A stretch of DNA of 64,000 nucleotides from positions 26,809 through 90,808 of the forward strand of contig JBCKNF010000003.1 in assembly GCA_038902815.1 (NCBI GenBank), read 5' to 3'. The translations under genes were made by a program, and so were the position numbers. Positions 61,381 through 64,000 of this stretch are shown in pieces; the first letter of the stretch is position 1, and each line of letters opens with the position of its first letter. Origin of the DNA: Polaromonas sp. Lineage in GTDB: Bacteria; Pseudomonadota; Gammaproteobacteria; Burkholderiales; Burkholderiaceae_C. The notes under the pieces were generated by a model that was not told where the DNA came from, did not search any database, and was given only the letters and a program-made list of their open reading frames with translations.

Positions 61381-62286
61381 TCAGGAGGCATCCTGCGTCG
61401 CCAGCGCAGGCGCATGGATGCGATCCAGGTAGCGGGCGCGGTACAGCAGCCGAGGTTGCTGGGGATCGTCCACAAAGCCCGATCGGTCATGCAGCACGTT
61501 GTTGCACACCAGCCCCATGCCGGGCTCCAGGCGCAAACGAAACACATGCGGCCCGTCGCTGGCCAGCAGCTGCTCCAGAAAGGCTGCTGCCGCGCGCGTT
61601 GGCGCATCGTCCTTCCACTGCACACTGCGCGTGCGCGCCGTGTAGCGCATGTGCAGCGCACCGCTGGCTGCATCGACCGAAAACACGGGGCCGGCCTGCT
61701 CGGCGCGCGCCACTCCGTCCTCATCCAGCCGTTCGGGAATCGTCATGGCGTCGGGTGCCATCAGCGCGCGCACCCACTCTAGGTTGGCTTCACGCACGGC
61801 GATATAAGCCATCTCGTGGTCCATCACGGCGTTCTCGCCGCCTGCGGCAGCCGCCCGCACGCAGTGCAGAAGCATGGCCCGGATGTGACGCGACTGCGGG
61901 TGGTAGTAGCCATCGGTATGCCACTTGATGGGCCGGTTGGTGTAGGGAATGAAAGCAGTGCGGTCCCCCACCGGGGCCGCCACCTCGATCTGCGAAATAC
62001 CGTCTTCGTCGGCCAGCCAGTTGCCGTCCAGCCGGTACAGCCCTAACTGGTTGGCCAGCAGGCGCGGGATGTCCTTGTCCGGGGTCTGCACCGGGCTGCG
62101 GTAGATCGCCATGTTGGCCGTGGCACAGCGTTGCAGCAACGCTTGCTGTTCCGCTTCGCTCAAGGCGCGAGGGTCGGCCACGTCCACGATCAAGTCCTGC
62201 GCCCGGGTGGGATGGTCGGCCCGCTTGGCATCACGCCAGCGTTGATACGCGGCTTGGCTGTCCAGATCGAAGGGCGTGCTCATCAT
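61381..62286 (-). CDS. TauD/TfdA-family Fe(II)/2-oxoglutarate dioxygenase-like protein
   Basis: WHTDGYY (HxD), NNVLHDR, LLYRARY. Confidence 0.85.
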   Translation of the reverse strand: MMSTPFDLDSQAAYQRWRDAKRADHPTRAQDLIVDVADPRALSEAEQQALLQRCATANMAIYRSPVQTPDKDIPRLLANQLGLYRLDGNWLADEDGISQIEVAAPVGDRTAFIPYTNRPIKWHTDGYYHPQSRHIRAMLLHCVRAAAAGGENAVMDHEMAYIAVREANLEWVRALMAPDAMTIPERLDEDGVARAEQAGPVFSVDAASGALHMRYTARTRSVQWKDDAPTRAAAAFLEQLLASDGPHVFRLRLEPGMGLVCNNVLHDRSGFVDDPQQPRLLYRARYLDRIHAPALATQDAS

Positions 62287-62297
62287 GGCTCTGTGCC

Positions 62298-62915
62298 TCA
62301 GTCGCCTGATGTCACGGCGCGAGCGCGGCGCGGCGCGCGGGGTTCGGTGGACAGCACGTTCTGCATGGCGCCTTGAATCATCTGCAGCGCATCGGGCACT
62401 TCGATGGCCATGATCTGGTCAACCACCCAGTGCTTGTCCTTTTCCGGCATGAGCGCCTCGATGCGATGCCCCAGGTAGCGCACAAAGGCAAAGTCTGGTC
62501 CATCGGCATCAAAGCCAAAATCGGCGTAATGGTCGGCCAACTCGTTGAACAGGTCGATGAACACGTCGTAGTGGCTGGGCTGCCCCGGCGCCGGTACGCC
62601 CATCCAGGTGTCCTCGTTTTCCTGCAACACCTCGGCCACGCGCTTGACCAATGCCGTGATGAACACGGTCCGCGCCTCAGAGTTCATGCGCTCAAAAGCC
62701 ATGCGGTCCAGCACTTGGGTCAGGAACACCAGCACCTCATGCGTGAAGGCAAAGTACTGCGGCCCGACGTCGATGTCAAATTGCGCCGAGCGCATTTGCT
62801 TGAGCATGTTTTGCGACACGCGCCAGGTGATGAAGGCCATCGCACTGGCGGTTTGCTGCGGCGTCTTGGTGGCGCCCGAGCGGAACCACTGACTCTTGAT
62901 GCGGATATTGGCCAT
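62298..62915 (-). CDS. Conserved hypothetical protein
   Basis: 205-aa ORF in operon, WVVDQIMAIE. Confidence 0.7.
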   Translation of the reverse strand: MANIRIKSQWFRSGATKTPQQTASAMAFITWRVSQNMLKQMRSAQFDIDVGPQYFAFTHEVLVFLTQVLDRMAFERMNSEARTVFITALVKRVAEVLQENEDTWMGVPAPGQPSHYDVFIDLFNELADHYADFGFDADGPDFAFVRYLGHRIEALMPEKDKHWVVDQIMAIEVPDALQMIQGAMQNVLSTEPRAPRRARAVTSGD

Positions 62916-62920
62916 AGGGC

Positions 62921-63250
62921 TCAGTAGCCACCCTTGCCGAGCGGTTGCGGCAGGCCGGCTACCTTGGGGCCCTGCTTGGCCGGACCCACGGGGAACAGGT
63001 CATACAGGTACTTGCTGTCGACTTCAGGGCGGATTTCCGTCATGCCCTTGACCAAGGCGCGAAAGTTGGGGGTGTGGCCCTCCTCGCGGTACTGGTCGCG
63101 CAGGTAGTTCACGACTTCCCAGTGCGCATCGGTCAACTCGATGTTTTCAGCCTGCGCGATAACGCGCACGGCTTCGTCATCAAACACCGCCTCCAGCAGG
63201 AAGCCTTCTTTATCGATCTCGTGCTCTACGCCATTGATGTTGTAGCCCAT
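62921..63250 (-). CDS. DsrC/TusE-family protein lacking cysteines (RspA-type)
   Basis: DKEGFL, LTDAHWEVV, YLYDLFP, AGLPQP; no Cys. Confidence 0.88.
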   Translation of the reverse strand: MGYNINGVEHEIDKEGFLLEAVFDDEAVRVIAQAENIELTDAHWEVVNYLRDQYREEGHTPNFRALVKGMTEIRPEVDSKYLYDLFPVGPAKQGPKVAGLPQPLGKGGY

Positions 63251-63285
63251 TTTTCAGCTTCCTTTTTTTGCCTGTCAAGAATTTT

Positions 63286-63900
63286 CTATACCGCAGCCGC
63301 CGACTTGTGCGGCACAAACAGCCCGCAACCCAGCAACCGGTGCGGCCCCAAGCCGTGCTGTTGCAGCCGCAGCGATTGCTCCGGTTTCAGCGCGTGCAGC
63401 ATCATGCTGAAGGTGTCCATGGCACGACCCGACACTACCATGGACTGGCGCTTGCCGCACACCCGCTCACCACCGATGCCCAGCGCCGCCAGCTCAAGCT
63501 CCAGCGCGGCCATGAGCGCCACCTCATCGCCACTTTCGGACGCCACCTTGTAAGCATACAAGGTGCTATGGGGATGCAGTGCGCGCAGATGCGGCGTACT
63601 CAAGCGCAAACGATGACCCGCCACGTCAAGGTCAAGGGCTGTCAGTGCCATCAACTCGTCCGCTCGCTGCGCACTCACCCGCAGCAACAGGCGAGCCCGC
63701 CGCGACAGCAGCGCGGGATCATCTGTGCTGGGAACGAGTTTGATGGAGTGCACCCCCGCCACCGCATCTTCACTCAGCCACGGCCACTGGGCGCACAAGG
63801 CCTGCTGCAGGGCCTGCGCATGGTCACGCGCCAAGGTCTGGCCGTCGATCGGAAACACCACGTCCACCGCTGCCACAGTCTGCGCTTGCTGGTTGGTCAT
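63286..63900 (-). CDS. Cas6-like (type I-MYXAN/Cmx6-like) RAMP protein, no CRISPR array in window
   Basis: VDVVFPIDG..RDH, SLRLQQHGLGPHRLLGCGLFVPHK G-rich loop. Confidence 0.8.
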   Translation of the reverse strand: MTNQQAQTVAAVDVVFPIDGQTLARDHAQALQQALCAQWPWLSEDAVAGVHSIKLVPSTDDPALLSRRARLLLRVSAQRADELMALTALDLDVAGHRLRLSTPHLRALHPHSTLYAYKVASESGDEVALMAALELELAALGIGGERVCGKRQSMVVSGRAMDTFSMMLHALKPEQSLRLQQHGLGPHRLLGCGLFVPHKSAAAV

Positions 63901-64000
63901 AGCGGCTCCTGCAGTTCCTGCACGACATCCGTCAGCGTCTCGGGCTGCGGTTGCGTCTGCGCCCAGCGCAGCAAGGCCTCACCCCACAAGCGGGCGGTCA
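63897..64000 (-). CDS. 3' end of upstream gene (partial, unidentified)
   Basis: Open frame TARLWGEALLRW...QEPL* with ATGA overlap onto the cas6-like start. Confidence 0.55.
   Translation of the reverse strand, partial: TARLWGEALLRWAQTQPQPETLTDVVQELQEPL

Noticed and set aside
57568-64000. CRISPR array associated with the Cas6-like gene
   Set aside because: No regularly spaced direct repeats anywhere in the window.

Overview
This looks like a Comamonadaceae-type (Rhodoferax/Polaromonas-like) betaproteobacterial chromosome segment; the taxon is inferred from gene content and repeats. From 1 to ~24 kb are housekeeping genes: engB, two lipid A acyltransferases, metK with a SAM-II-like riboswitch, CIRCE-groESL, a MobA-like monooxygenase, pgi, a porin, coq7, ilvA and dsbD. 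These are interspersed with gene remnants, a decayed group II intron beside a cassette-like GNAT gene, and several REP/MITE families. From ~24 to 64 kb is a chemolithoautotrophy supercluster: a Calvin-cycle operon (cbbYFPTZ-pgk-cbbA), two CbbR regulators, an alpha-carboxysome operon, soxCD-soxYZAXB, tusA-dsrE2-yeeE, and a sulfur-linked cluster containing an orphan Cas6-like gene. The standout is the carboxysome locus. Alpha-type shell, carbonic anhydrase and positioning genes (csoS1 x2, csoS4AB, csoSCA, mcdAB) follow a RED-type Rubisco (Form IC/ID-like) instead of the usual Form IA. The red-type activase CbbX is fused in frame to the middle and C-terminal regions of CsoS2, which lacks the canonical Rubisco-binding N-terminal repeats. 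An A9 run at the fusion junction could be a programmed slippage site or a homopolymer error and needs read-level checking. All calls come from motif recognition by eye; no searches were run.
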